NCBI GenBank assembly: GCA_016869915.1 | Contig: VGDA01000001.1 | Location: forward strand, 1-44,434 | Origin: Alphaproteobacteria bacterium | GTDB taxonomy: Bacteria > Pseudomonadota > Alphaproteobacteria > CACIAM-22H2 | Direction of reading: 5' to 3' | DNA length: 44,434 bases | Shown: in pieces, positions 29,561 through 38,349 of the stretch | Layout: the number at the start of each line of letters is the position of its first letter | Numbering within the stretch: the first letter of the stretch is position 1 | Translations under genes and position numbers: made by a program | The notes under the pieces: model-generated | Seen by the model: only the letters and a program-made list of their open reading frames with translations | Database searches by the model: none | What the model was told of the DNA's origin: nothing

Positions 29561-30382
29561 ATGGCGAGGGAGTCGACGACGGGGCCGGCCGCCGCGCGGC
29601 TGCGCGGCGTCCTGTCGGGCTGGCGCGCGCTCGTCGTGCCAGCGCTCCTGGTGCTTGCCTGGCACGCGGCGATCTCGGCGGGGATGAGCAGGCTGATCCC
29701 GTCCCCCGCCGAGGTCGCGCGCTACATGGTCGACTTCGCGGTCGGCGGGATCTGGGACGATGCCTTCTCGGCCACGCTGCATGTCCACCTGCTGGCGTCG
29801 ATGGGGCGCGTCTATGGCGGCTTCGCGCTCGCGGCGCTTGCCGCCGTGCCGCTGGGCCTGCTGATCGGCCGCAACGACGCGGTGCGCGCGCTGCTCGACC
29901 CGTTCCTCCAGATGATGCGCCCGATCCCCGTCACGGCCTGGCTGCCGCTGTCGATGATCCTGTTCGGGCTCGGGCCGCGCTCGGCCTTCTTCCTCGTGTT
30001 CCTGGGCGCCTTCTACCCGATCCTGCTCAACACCGTCTTCGGCGTGCGCAGCGTCGATCGCCGGCTCTTCGAGGCCGCGTCGATGCTCGGCTGCACCGGC
30101 TCGGCGCAGTTCTTCCGCGTCGTGCTGCCGGCAGCGCTGCCCTCGATCTTCACGGGGCTGCGCCTCGGCCTCGGGCTCGCCTGGTTCGTCATCGTGGTCG
30201 GAGAGATGACCGGCGTGCCGCAGGGCCTCGGCGCGGTGATCATGGATGGCCGCACCCTCTCGCGCACCGAACTGGTGATCTGCGGGATGATCGTGATCGG
30301 GATCGCGGGCTACCTCTCGGACCGCTGCGTCGTCGCGGCGATGAACCGGCTCCTGCGCTGGAGCCCCTCCCACATCGCGTGA
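29561..30382 (+). CDS. ABC transporter permease (NitT/TauT family)
   Basis: Start MARESTTG (ATG 29561). Six predicted TM segments and an EAA-like loop (FEAASMLGCTGSAQFFRVVLPAALP). Confidence 0.85.
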   Translation: MARESTTGPAAARLRGVLSGWRALVVPALLVLAWHAAISAGMSRLIPSPAEVARYMVDFAVGGIWDDAFSATLHVHLLASMGRVYGGFALAALAAVPLGLLIGRNDAVRALLDPFLQMMRPIPVTAWLPLSMILFGLGPRSAFFLVFLGAFYPILLNTVFGVRSVDRRLFEAASMLGCTGSAQFFRVVLPAALPSIFTGLRLGLGLAWFVIVVGEMTGVPQGLGAVIMDGRTLSRTELVICGMIVIGIAGYLSDRCVVAAMNRLLRWSPSHIA

Positions 30383-31164
30383 GCCACGGCATGGACGAGA
30401 TCCCGATCCTCGAGCTGCGCGGCGTCGACAAGACCTTCGCGCTGAACGGCGCGCGCATCGACGCGCTGCGCGGCGCGACGCTGGCGGTGCGCAAGGGCGA
30501 GTTCGTGTGCCTGATCGGCGCGTCCGGCTGCGGCAAGTCCACGCTCCTGCGCATCGTCGCCGGCTTCGAGCAGCCCAGCGCGGGCGAGGCGCTGATGTGG
30601 TCGAAGCCGATTTCCGGGCCGGCGCCCGATCGCGGGATGGTCTTCCAGGACTATGGCCTCTTCCCGTGGCTGACGGTGCGCCAGAACATCGCCTTCGGCC
30701 CCTCGTCGCGCGGCGTGCAGCGGGACCGCATCGCGGCGACGGTCGACCGCTTCGTCGAGATGGTCGGCCTGGCCCGCTTCGCCGACGCGCACCCGCACCA
30801 GCTTTCCGGCGGCATGAAGCAGCGCGTGGCGATCGCCCGCGTTCTCGCCAACGACGCCGATGTCGTGCTGATGGACGAGCCCTTCGGCGCGCTCGACGCC
30901 ATGACGCGCGAGCGCCTGCAGGACGACCTGCTCGCGATCTGGCGCAGCACGGGCCTCACCGTGATCTTCGTCACGCACTCGATCGAGGAGGCGATCCTGC
31001 TCGCCGACCGCGTCGTGGTGATGGAACCCGGCCCGGGCCGGATCGCGAGCGAGCACGCGATCGCCCTGCCGCGGCCGCGCGACGTCGCGTCCCCGGAATT
31101 CAATGCCGTGCGCCGCGAGCTCGGCGCGCTCCTCCACAGCCATCACGCCCGCAAGGCCTCGTGA
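30379..31164 (+). CDS. ABC transporter ATP-binding protein (NitT/TauT family)
   Basis: The GTG at 30379 overlaps the permease stop (GTGA); an alternative ATG is at 30391. Walker A GASGCGKST, signature LSGGMKQR, and Walker B VVLMDEPF. Confidence 0.9.
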   Translation: MSHGMDEIPILELRGVDKTFALNGARIDALRGATLAVRKGEFVCLIGASGCGKSTLLRIVAGFEQPSAGEALMWSKPISGPAPDRGMVFQDYGLFPWLTVRQNIAFGPSSRGVQRDRIAATVDRFVEMVGLARFADAHPHQLSGGMKQRVAIARVLANDADVVLMDEPFGALDAMTRERLQDDLLAIWRSTGLTVIFVTHSIEEAILLADRVVVMEPGPGRIASEHAIALPRPRDVASPEFNAVRRELGALLHSHHARKAS

Positions 31165-32045
31165 GCGATCCCGCCGCGCGCCTGCGCTACGTCGCCCCAT
31201 GGCAGCGGCCGCGCCATGCCCTGCCCGGCGGGCGGCGGCTGGTCGTCTGGCCCGTCGTCAACGTCGAGCACTGGTCGATCGCCAACCCCATGCCGCGCCA
31301 GGCGCTGGTGGCCCCGACCGGCGCCGCGCTGCAGCCGGACCTGCCGAACTGGGCTTGGCACGAATACGGGATGCGCGTCGGCTTCTGGCGCTTCCTCGAC
31401 ATGTTCGACCGGCTGCGGCTGCGCCCGACCCTCTCGGTGAATGCGAGCGTCGTCGGCGCCTACCCGGAGGTCGCGCGCGCCGCGCGCGACGCCGGCTGGG
31501 AGTTCATGGGCCATGGCTGGCTGCAGGTGCCGACGCACCGCGTCGCGGACCAGGCGGGCATGATCGCGCGCGTCGTGGCGGAGATCGAGGGCTTCACGGG
31601 GCGGCGCTGCACCGGATGGCTCGGGCCGGGCCTCACGCAGACGCCGGAGACCCCGGACCTCCTCGCGGCGGCCGGCATCGAGTGGACCGGCGACTTCGTC
31701 GTCGACGACCTGCCGGCGCGCGTCGAGACCGCGCATGGGCCGCTTCTCGCGCTGCCCTACAGCGTGGAGCTCAACGACGTGCCGGTCGTCGCGATCCAGC
31801 ACGGCGACGAGGACGCGCTGCCGCGCCGCGCGCGGCTGCAGGTCGCCCGGCTCGTCGCCGAGGCGGACGCCTCCGGCAGCGTCAAGGCGACGGGCATCGC
31901 GATCCATCCCTACCTGTCGGGCGTGCCGCACCGCATCGCCGCGCTCGAGGCCCTGTTCGCGGAGCTTGCCGCCGACCCCCGCATCGCCTTCATGCAGGGC
32001 GACGAGATCGCGCGCTGGTACCTCGCGAGCGGCGATCCGGCCTGA
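31161..32045 (+). CDS. polysaccharide-deacetylase-fold hydrolase (PuuE allantoinase-like)
   Basis: The GTG at 31161 overlaps the ATPase stop (GTGA). Motif NWAWHEYGMRVGFWRFLDMF resembles the PuuE/urate-catabolism deacetylase family. 294 aa. Confidence 0.7.
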   Translation: MSDPAARLRYVAPWQRPRHALPGGRRLVVWPVVNVEHWSIANPMPRQALVAPTGAALQPDLPNWAWHEYGMRVGFWRFLDMFDRLRLRPTLSVNASVVGAYPEVARAARDAGWEFMGHGWLQVPTHRVADQAGMIARVVAEIEGFTGRRCTGWLGPGLTQTPETPDLLAAAGIEWTGDFVVDDLPARVETAHGPLLALPYSVELNDVPVVAIQHGDEDALPRRARLQVARLVAEADASGSVKATGIAIHPYLSGVPHRIAALEALFAELAADPRIAFMQGDEIARWYLASGDPA

Positions 32046-32095
32046 TCCCGGGGCGGCCGGTCGTCCTGCGCGCGCGGGCGAGGGGCGATGCGGGT

Positions 32096-32947
32096 TCAGC
32101 GCGCCAGCGTCGCGATCGCCCACCACGCCGCCGCGGCGACGCCGGCGGTCGCGATGGCGACCAGCGCGAGCGGCAGGGCGGGATGGACGATGTTGAGGCG
32201 CCTGAACAGGTTGCAGACGTGGCCGACCGCCTTCTGCGCGGGCGTGCGCGGGCTCTTCGAGTACTCCATCGCCGCCTTCACGACGTAGAAGACGGCGGTG
32301 TTCGCGGCCATCGCCGCGTGCGCCGCGACGGGCGCGCCGGGCAGCGCGACCAGGTAGTTGCACTTGAGCAGGATCCGCTGGCGATCGCCGGGCCTGTACT
32401 CGCCTTCCACCCAGTGGAGCTCGCGATGGAAGTCGAGCAGGCCGAACTCGTAGCTGGCGAAGGCGCGCTCGACGTGGGAATCGCCGAACACGACCTTGTA
32501 GCTGGCGTCGGACTGCAGGTAGATCAGCGCGCGGACGACGAGGCTCGAGTCGAGGAAGCGCAGGTTGCCGTCGTAGTGCCTGTCGAACAGCCCCTGGTCG
32601 CCGCCGCGGTCCTTGTTGTAGTGCGAGATGTAGAGTTCGTCCGTGTGCTTCATCGCGACGATGCGCGCCCCCGCGGGCACGCGCGCGGCCATCGCGTCCA
32701 GGATGGCCCGGCTGTCGCGCAACGCGTCGATGCGCGCGCGCACCTCCTCGGGCAGCGCGCTCACGTAGACATGCTTCGATGGGCGCTGGCGCAGGTCGTC
32801 GGCGTAGCGCTCCTCGACCCAGCGGACGAGCCCGTCGATCCGCGCCCGCTCGCCCGGGGCGTCGAAGCTGCCGATCGTCGCGGGGAAGTGGCGCCCGGCC
32901 ATCGCCCCGGTCGCCGTGCCGGTCGCGTTCGTCCCTGCTCCATCCAT
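32096..32947 (-). CDS. hypothetical protein with a C-terminal TM anchor; possible Fe(II)/2-oxoglutarate (2OG) oxygenase-like HxD...H motif
   Basis: Start MDGAGTNATG (ATG complement 32945..32947) with a GGGAGG SD sequence 7 nt upstream. It begins 17 nt after the preceding gene. It contains RHYDGN, then about 55 aa, then FHRELHWVEGEYRPGDRQR, and a hydrophobic tail LPLALVAIATAGVAAAAWWAIATLA. No family recognised with certainty. Confidence 0.7.
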   Translation of the reverse strand: MDGAGTNATGTATGAMAGRHFPATIGSFDAPGERARIDGLVRWVEERYADDLRQRPSKHVYVSALPEEVRARIDALRDSRAILDAMAARVPAGARIVAMKHTDELYISHYNKDRGGDQGLFDRHYDGNLRFLDSSLVVRALIYLQSDASYKVVFGDSHVERAFASYEFGLLDFHRELHWVEGEYRPGDRQRILLKCNYLVALPGAPVAAHAAMAANTAVFYVVKAAMEYSKSPRTPAQKAVGHVCNLFRRLNIVHPALPLALVAIATAGVAAAAWWAIATLAR

Positions 32948-32964
32948 GCGTCGCCTCCCTTTCC

Positions 32965-33720
32965 TCAAGCCGCCCCTGGCGGGGTGCCGCCGCCGCCCGC
33001 CGCCCGTCGCGCATGCAGGACGAAGGCGGCCGCCACGGCCGCCGCGAGCGCGGTGGCCGCGAAGGTCCAGTGCGCCTGCACCATCGCGCCGTCCGGTCCC
33101 GGCCAGGACAGCAGGAGCCCGCCCCCCACGATCACGCCGATCGCTGGCGGTCCCCAGAGGCGGATCGCGGCGCGGCGCGCGGGCCCCGCGACCTCCATCG
33201 CGAGCAGCCCGAGATTGGCCGCCAGGTGCGCCACGGCGAGGTATCCCCATTCCGCCGCGAAGGACGGCGCGAGGAGCGTGCCGCCGATCGCGACCAGGTT
33301 GCCGACGATCATCGGATGCGCAGTCAGAGAATAGGGGAAGCCGGTCGCGCGCAGCGCCGGCAGCCCGGCGACCTCGTGGCCGTAATAGGTCCTGTCGACC
33401 CCGAGCCGCGAGGCCGCGGCGGTGACGAGCGTGATTCCCGCGAGGACCGCCACGACCGATGGCACGCCGGGTGAGGCGCTGGCGTAGGGCAGTACGAGCA
33501 TCCCGATGCCGACGATCTTCAGCGCCACGGCCGCGCGCTTGAATCCATCGAAGTCCGGGACGCCCCAGGCGAAGGCGCGCAGGTAGAGCGCGTAGTGCAG
33601 GAAGCCGGCGAACCAGGCCGCTACCCCGAGGTGCCCGTCCAGGGCCGCGCCGCAGGCGGCCGCGATCGAGACGGCCAGGCATGCCGCGGCGAACCCATCG
33701 GCGGGCGGGCGAGGCTTCAT
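32965..33720 (-). CDS. polytopic membrane protein, PEMT/ICMT-like methyltransferase superfamily (divergent)
   Basis: Start MKPRPPADGF (ATG complement 33718..33720) overlaps the btaB stop (ATGA). Multiple TM helices. The segment GFPYSLTAHPMIVGNLVAIGG resembles the G-x-Y-x3-RHPxYxG motif of phospholipid/isoprenylcysteine methyltransferases, but with Arg replaced by Ala and Tyr replaced by Ile. Confidence 0.55.
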   Translation of the reverse strand: MKPRPPADGFAAACLAVSIAAACGAALDGHLGVAAWFAGFLHYALYLRAFAWGVPDFDGFKRAAVALKIVGIGMLVLPYASASPGVPSVVAVLAGITLVTAAASRLGVDRTYYGHEVAGLPALRATGFPYSLTAHPMIVGNLVAIGGTLLAPSFAAEWGYLAVAHLAANLGLLAMEVAGPARRAAIRLWGPPAIGVIVGGGLLLSWPGPDGAMVQAHWTFAATALAAAVAAAFVLHARRAAGGGGTPPGAA

Positions 33721-34373
33721 CGCGCGGCCGCCGCGCGCGCGCGCGGCGTGGCCGGCAGGGCGATGCGCGCGTAGAGGGCGTAGCCGCGGAACAGCGGCTC
33801 GATCGTGGCCTCGCCGCCGATCCGCGCCGCGATGTATCGCAGCGCATCGGGAAGCTCCGCGCGCGGATGCACGTCGAACAGCCCCAGCCAGGAGTCGAAG
33901 CCCTGCCGGACGAGGGCCGGCATGCAGGCGCGATCGCCGAAGTCGACCACGTGCAACTCGCCGCCCTCGGCCAGCGCGCCGGCCGCCCGCGCGATCGCCT
34001 CGCGCCATGGCGGGATCATCGAAAGCGTGTAGGAGAAGAAGATCCTGTCGAAGCGCTCGATGCCGAACAGCGTTCCGGGCATGAACGTCGTCGCGTCGGC
34101 GTTGGCGAGGTGGATCCTGTGGCGCAGGCCCGACCTGGCCACTCGCTCCCGCGCCGTCGCGAGCATCTCGCGCGAGACATCGATGCCGTGGAGGCGGGCA
34201 TCGGGCGCCATGAGCGCGATCCGCGCCAGATTCCGCGCGGTGCCGCAGCCGATCTCCAGGACCGAGCCGCGCTCGGGGATCGCGAGGCGCTCGACGAGCT
34301 GGTCCCGGCCAAGCAGGAAGAAGCGGCGCGTCGGATCGTAGACATGCCGCTGGAACCGGTAGATCCGGTCCAT
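33717..34373 (-). CDS. btaB: SAM-dependent N-methyltransferase of betaine-lipid (DGTS) synthesis, BtaB-like
   Basis: Start taken at MDRIYRFQRHVYDPTRRFFLLGRD (34373); alternative upstream starts are at 34412 and 34457. Class I SAM motif VLEIGCGTARNL. It lies immediately downstream of btaA. Confidence 0.75.
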   Translation of the reverse strand: MDRIYRFQRHVYDPTRRFFLLGRDQLVERLAIPERGSVLEIGCGTARNLARIALMAPDARLHGIDVSREMLATARERVARSGLRHRIHLANADATTFMPGTLFGIERFDRIFFSYTLSMIPPWREAIARAAGALAEGGELHVVDFGDRACMPALVRQGFDSWLGLFDVHPRAELPDALRYIAARIGGEATIEPLFRGYALYARIALPATPRARAAAAR

Positions 34374-34398
34374 GCGCTGCCCCGCGCCGCCTTCCGGG

Positions 34399-35643
34399 TC
34401 AGCGGAGGACATGGAGGTGGAAGCCGCCATAGACGGCCGAGCGGTCGCGCGCGCCAAGCTCGCGCGAACGTTCCTCCTCGTATCTCCATGCGCCGAGGAG
34501 GGTGGCCGGGACCCGGCCGGGCAGGATGCACGTGGTGCCGGCGGTCCTGTAGATCACGCGCGCCCCCGGCGCGGCGGCACGCCCGACCTGCTGCCACAAG
34601 GCGGCAAGCTGCGCGTCCGACATCCAGTCCTGCGCGTCGAGGAAGACGAACCGGTCCACGCTGCCCGCCGGCATGGCCGCGAGCACGTCCGTCATCGACG
34701 CGTGGCGCACGTCCACGCGGTCCGCCCCCGCCCGGACCCGCGCATGGTTCGCCGGCTCGAGATAGGGGGGCAGGGCCTCGCGGCCGGGCTCGCCGTAGCG
34801 CCTCGCGAAGGCCTGCCACGCGAAGTAGTTGCGCGACAGCGGGAAGTCGCAGGCAAGGCGCCGGAGTCGCTGGCGCAGGACCGTGGCCATCGCGCCGTCG
34901 TCGCCCCCGCAGAGCGCCCGGTACTGCTCGGGCGGGATCCCGAGCCCGAAGAGCGCAAAGCGCCGCTGCGTCAGCCAGCGCACGATCGGCCGGTCGAAGA
35001 GGGGGGCGACATGCGCGTCGAACCACGCGCGCTGCTCGGCCAGGTCGCGCGCGCGCATGAGGCCGGCCATGTCCACCCCATGCAGCCGGGCGAGGAGATG
35101 GCCGAGGCCGATGGACCTGCCGAGCAGGCCGTGCCGGTAGATGTCGCCCGCGAAGAGCGAGATGCGCCTGCGCCCGCCCGCGCCGCGCGCGAGCCAGAAA
35201 TCGCGCGTCGTCGCGTCGAGATGGTCGAGGAGGCCACGCGCCAGCGCGAGCCGGCCCGGGTGGCGCCGGGCGCCGAACAGCGCGTGGAGGCCCTCCCAGT
35301 CGGGCAGCGCGCGCAGCGCCGCGAGCTTGAGCCGCAGCAGCGCGACATGGTTCATGTTGAGGTCGACCGCGGTGACGCGCACGGGCGCGGCCGCGAGGTA
35401 GCTCAGGACGTTGCAGCCGCCCGACGCGATGGCCACGACGTGGTGGCCCTCCTGCAACTCCATCGCGTCGGCGTCGACCTCAGGGTCTTCCCAGATCTGC
35501 GGATAGACGAGGCCGGAGAAGGCCAGGGTGAAGAGACGCTCGTTGAGCCCTGCGCTCGAGGCCGCGCGGTGCCGGTGCACGGCGGCGTTCAGGAGGCTGG
35601 GCGTCGAGGCCTCGCGTGCGCGCGTCTCCGAGACGATGTCCAT
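34399..35643 (-). CDS. btaA: S-adenosylmethionine:diacylglycerol 3-amino-3-carboxypropyl transferase (DUF3419), BtaA-like
   Basis: Start MDIVSETRAREAS (ATG complement 35641..35643), 414 aa. BtaA/DUF3419-type motifs LVYPQIWEDPEVD, IASGGCNVLSYL, LSRNYFAWQ and FLDAQDWM. Confidence 0.85.
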   Translation of the reverse strand: MDIVSETRAREASTPSLLNAAVHRHRAASSAGLNERLFTLAFSGLVYPQIWEDPEVDADAMELQEGHHVVAIASGGCNVLSYLAAAPVRVTAVDLNMNHVALLRLKLAALRALPDWEGLHALFGARRHPGRLALARGLLDHLDATTRDFWLARGAGGRRRISLFAGDIYRHGLLGRSIGLGHLLARLHGVDMAGLMRARDLAEQRAWFDAHVAPLFDRPIVRWLTQRRFALFGLGIPPEQYRALCGGDDGAMATVLRQRLRRLACDFPLSRNYFAWQAFARRYGEPGREALPPYLEPANHARVRAGADRVDVRHASMTDVLAAMPAGSVDRFVFLDAQDWMSDAQLAALWQQVGRAAAPGARVIYRTAGTTCILPGRVPATLLGAWRYEEERSRELGARDRSAVYGGFHLHVLR

Positions 35644-35857
35644 CACCCTCGCTCCATGGCAGGACCCTGTCCCTTTGGCGATACAGGCTGGCGATGTCGG
35701 TTCGCGGACGGACCCGTGATGGCTGCGTGTCACGTCCGGGCCGGGCAGGCGCCGCGCGCCCCGTCCGCGCCGCGGCGATGCCGCCGCGCCCGGCCCTGTC
35801 CGTCGCGCGCGCGGCGGTCTATCCTGCACCGAGGGGTCGAACACGGGGGGACGCACC

Positions 35858-37435
35858 ATGAAGCTTCGCCAAGCATTGCTCGCGCTCGCGATGGTCCTGG
35901 CTGGCGGCCAGGCCGCGCAGGCGCAGACGGTCCTGCGCATCGTGCCGCAGGCCGACCTCAAGGTGCTCGACCCGGTCTGGACGACAGCGACCGAGACCTC
36001 GAGCCACGGCTACATGATCTACGACGTGCTCTTCGCGCTCGACTCCGCGCTGCGGCCGCGGCCGCAGATGGTGGAGAGGTGGTCGCGCAGCGCCGACGGC
36101 ATGACCTGGCGCTTCAGCCTGCGGCCCGGGCTCGTCTTCCACGACGGCTCGCCGGTCGAGGCCAAGGACGCCGTCGCCTCGCTCAAGCGCTGGTCGGCTC
36201 GCATCGTCAGCGGCATGACGCTGATGCGCCACGTGCAGGAGGTTGTCGCCACGGGCGCCCTCGACTTCGAGATCCGCCTCAATTCGCCCTTCGCGCCGGT
36301 GCTCGAGCAGCTCTCGAACCCGGCCGTCCCGCTCTTCGTGATGCGCGAGGAGGAGGCGCGGACCGATCCCTTCAAGCAGATCGAGAAGCATGTCGGCTCC
36401 GGCCCCTTCACCTTCGACAAGGCGGACTGGGTGCCGGGCAGCAAGGTCGTCTATCGCCGCTTCGCCGGCTACAAGCCGCGGCCGGAGCCCGCCGATGGCC
36501 TCGCCGGAGGCAAGATCGCCAAGGTCGACCGCGTCGAGTGGATCTGGATCCCGGATCCGACCACCGCGGCGCAGGCGCTGGTCGCCGGCGAGGTCGACGC
36601 GCTGGCGGTGCCGTCGCAGGACATGGTCAGGGTGCTGAAGGCGTCGCGCAACGTGGTCGTGCGCACGCTCGACAGGCTCGGCGCGCACGCGATCGCGCGC
36701 GTCAACCACCTCGTGCCGCCCTTCAACGACCCGCGGGTGCGCGAGGCGATGCTCTGGACGATCGACCAGCGCGAGTACCTCGCCGCGATGGTCGGCGACC
36801 GCGACGTCGAGCGCGTGTGCTGGGCGATCTTCGTCTGCGGCACGCCCTACGAGTCGAGCGCCGGGCTGGGCGACTGGACGAAGGGACCGGACATCGCGAA
36901 GGCGAAGGCTCTGCTCGCGGCCGCCGGCTACAAGGGCGAGCGGGTGGTCGTCATGGACCCGACCGACCTGCCGCTCGTGCACGCCGCGACGCTGATGACG
37001 GTGCAGAACCTCCGCGCGATCGGCATGAACGTCGAGGTGCAGGCCGTCGACTGGAGCACGCTGTCCTCGCGCCGCCCCATCAAGGAGCATCCCGACGAGA
37101 AGCGCGGCGGCTGGCACGTCTTCCACACCACGGGCCCGGGCATCGCGCAGAACAACCCCCTCGGCAACTCGGTCGTGCCGACTCCCTGCGACGGAAAGAA
37201 CTACTCGGGCTGGCCCTGCGACGAGGCGCTGGAGAAGACGCGGCTCGAGTTCATCACCGCCGACACGCCGGAGAAGCAGAAGGACGTGATCGACCGCGTG
37301 CAGACGCATTTCTACCGCGTCCTGCCCTACGTCATCCTTGGCCAGTTCACCGCGCCGGTCGCCTATCGCGCCGAGCTGCAGGGCGTGCTCGAGGCGCCGC
37401 GCCTCGTTCTGTGGAACGTCGAGAAGAGGCGATGA
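35858..37435 (+). CDS. ABC transporter substrate-binding protein, family 5 (peptide/opine/nickel type), orphan
   Basis: Signal peptide MKLRQALLALAMVLAGGQAAQA. Family-5 layout (LRIVPQADLKVLDPVWT..., WRFSLRPGLVFHDGSPV). No cognate permease or ATPase genes lie adjacent. Confidence 0.85.
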   Translation: MKLRQALLALAMVLAGGQAAQAQTVLRIVPQADLKVLDPVWTTATETSSHGYMIYDVLFALDSALRPRPQMVERWSRSADGMTWRFSLRPGLVFHDGSPVEAKDAVASLKRWSARIVSGMTLMRHVQEVVATGALDFEIRLNSPFAPVLEQLSNPAVPLFVMREEEARTDPFKQIEKHVGSGPFTFDKADWVPGSKVVYRRFAGYKPRPEPADGLAGGKIAKVDRVEWIWIPDPTTAAQALVAGEVDALAVPSQDMVRVLKASRNVVVRTLDRLGAHAIARVNHLVPPFNDPRVREAMLWTIDQREYLAAMVGDRDVERVCWAIFVCGTPYESSAGLGDWTKGPDIAKAKALLAAAGYKGERVVVMDPTDLPLVHAATLMTVQNLRAIGMNVEVQAVDWSTLSSRRPIKEHPDEKRGGWHVFHTTGPGIAQNNPLGNSVVPTPCDGKNYSGWPCDEALEKTRLEFITADTPEKQKDVIDRVQTHFYRVLPYVILGQFTAPVAYRAELQGVLEAPRLVLWNVEKRR

Positions 37436-38298
37436 GCGCGGCGCGGGCGCGGCGCAGCGTCCTCTATCGCCTCGGGACGGATCCCTTCTCCTATGCCGGG
37501 GCGCGCTACCTCGCGGTCGACGTCCTGCTCTTCGACCTCGAGGATTCCGTCTCGCCCGCGGACAAGGCGGACGCGCGCGCCCGGCTCGCGGCGGCGATCG
37601 CCAAGGGCGGCTTCGCCGGCCAGGAGCTCCTGGTGCGGATCAACGGCCTCGACACGCCCTGGGGCGAGGACGACGCGAAGGCGGTCGCCGGGCTCGCCGT
37701 CGACGGCGTGATGCTGGCAAAGGCCGAGGACGCCGAGTCGATGCGCGCGCTCGACAAGGCGCTGTCCCGCGCCGGCGCCCCGGCGGCGATGGGTCTCTGG
37801 GCGATGGTCGAGACGCCGCGCGGCGTGCTCGCGGCCGACGCGATCGCCGGCGCGTGCCGGCGCATGGCGGGGCTCGCGATCGGGCTGGGCGACCTGTCGC
37901 GCGGGATGGGCGGCTTCCGCCGCGCGGCGCCCTTCCGCTTCCCGGTGCTCGCGGCGCTGTCGACCGTGCTGCTCGCCGCGCGCGCGCACGGCCTCGCCGC
38001 GATCGACAGCTCCTTCCGCGACGCGCGCGATCCCGCAGGCTTCCGGGCGGCGTGCCTCGAGAGCCGCGAGCTCGGCTATGACGGGAAGGCGCTGAGCGAC
38101 CCCGCGCTGGCGCCGATTGCCGACGACGCCTTCTCGCCGACCGCGGAGGAGCGCGACTGGGCCGCGCGGGTGCTCGCCGCGCTCGAGGCCTCGCCGCCCG
38201 GGATCCTGCCGGTGCTCGATGGCCAGCTCGTCGAGCCCGGCTACGCCGACGTCGCGCGCCGGATCGTCGCGGCCGGGACCTGGCGCGGTGTCGGCTGA
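37432..38298 (+). CDS. HpcH/HpaI aldolase / citrate lyase beta (CitE)-like CoA-ester lyase
   Basis: ATG 37432 overlaps the binding-protein stop (ATGA). Motifs DVLLFDLEDSVSPADKADAR, LLVRINGLDTPWGEDD and LWAMVETPRG are typical of CitE/malyl-CoA-lyase-like enzymes. Confidence 0.75.
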   Translation: MSAARARRSVLYRLGTDPFSYAGARYLAVDVLLFDLEDSVSPADKADARARLAAAIAKGGFAGQELLVRINGLDTPWGEDDAKAVAGLAVDGVMLAKAEDAESMRALDKALSRAGAPAAMGLWAMVETPRGVLAADAIAGACRRMAGLAIGLGDLSRGMGGFRRAAPFRFPVLAALSTVLLAARAHGLAAIDSSFRDARDPAGFRAACLESRELGYDGKALSDPALAPIADDAFSPTAEERDWAARVLAALEASPPGILPVLDGQLVEPGYADVARRIVAAGTWRGVG

Positions 38299-38349
38299 CC
38301 GCGGGCCGGAGCGGCCTGCGCCCACGGGCCGCGGCGCCGGCGGCGCGCC

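Noticed and set aside
35644-35857. Possible Pho box upstream of btaA: TGTC-containing half-sites at 35668, 35695, 35728 and 35797, and CTGTATC-GCCA-AAGGGAC on the minus strand.
   Set aside because: No pair of 7-mers with 11-bp spacing matches the consensus at better than about 4-5 of 7 positions each. TGTCAC at 35728 has no acceptable partner. This is not distinguishable from chance by eye.
34372-38298. 1308-aa ORF spanning the btaA antisense strand, the binding-protein region and the CitE-like gene.
   Set aside because: Only its last 288 codons (from ATG 37432) show a protein-family signature. The upstream part is out of frame with, or antisense to, well-supported genes and is low complexity.
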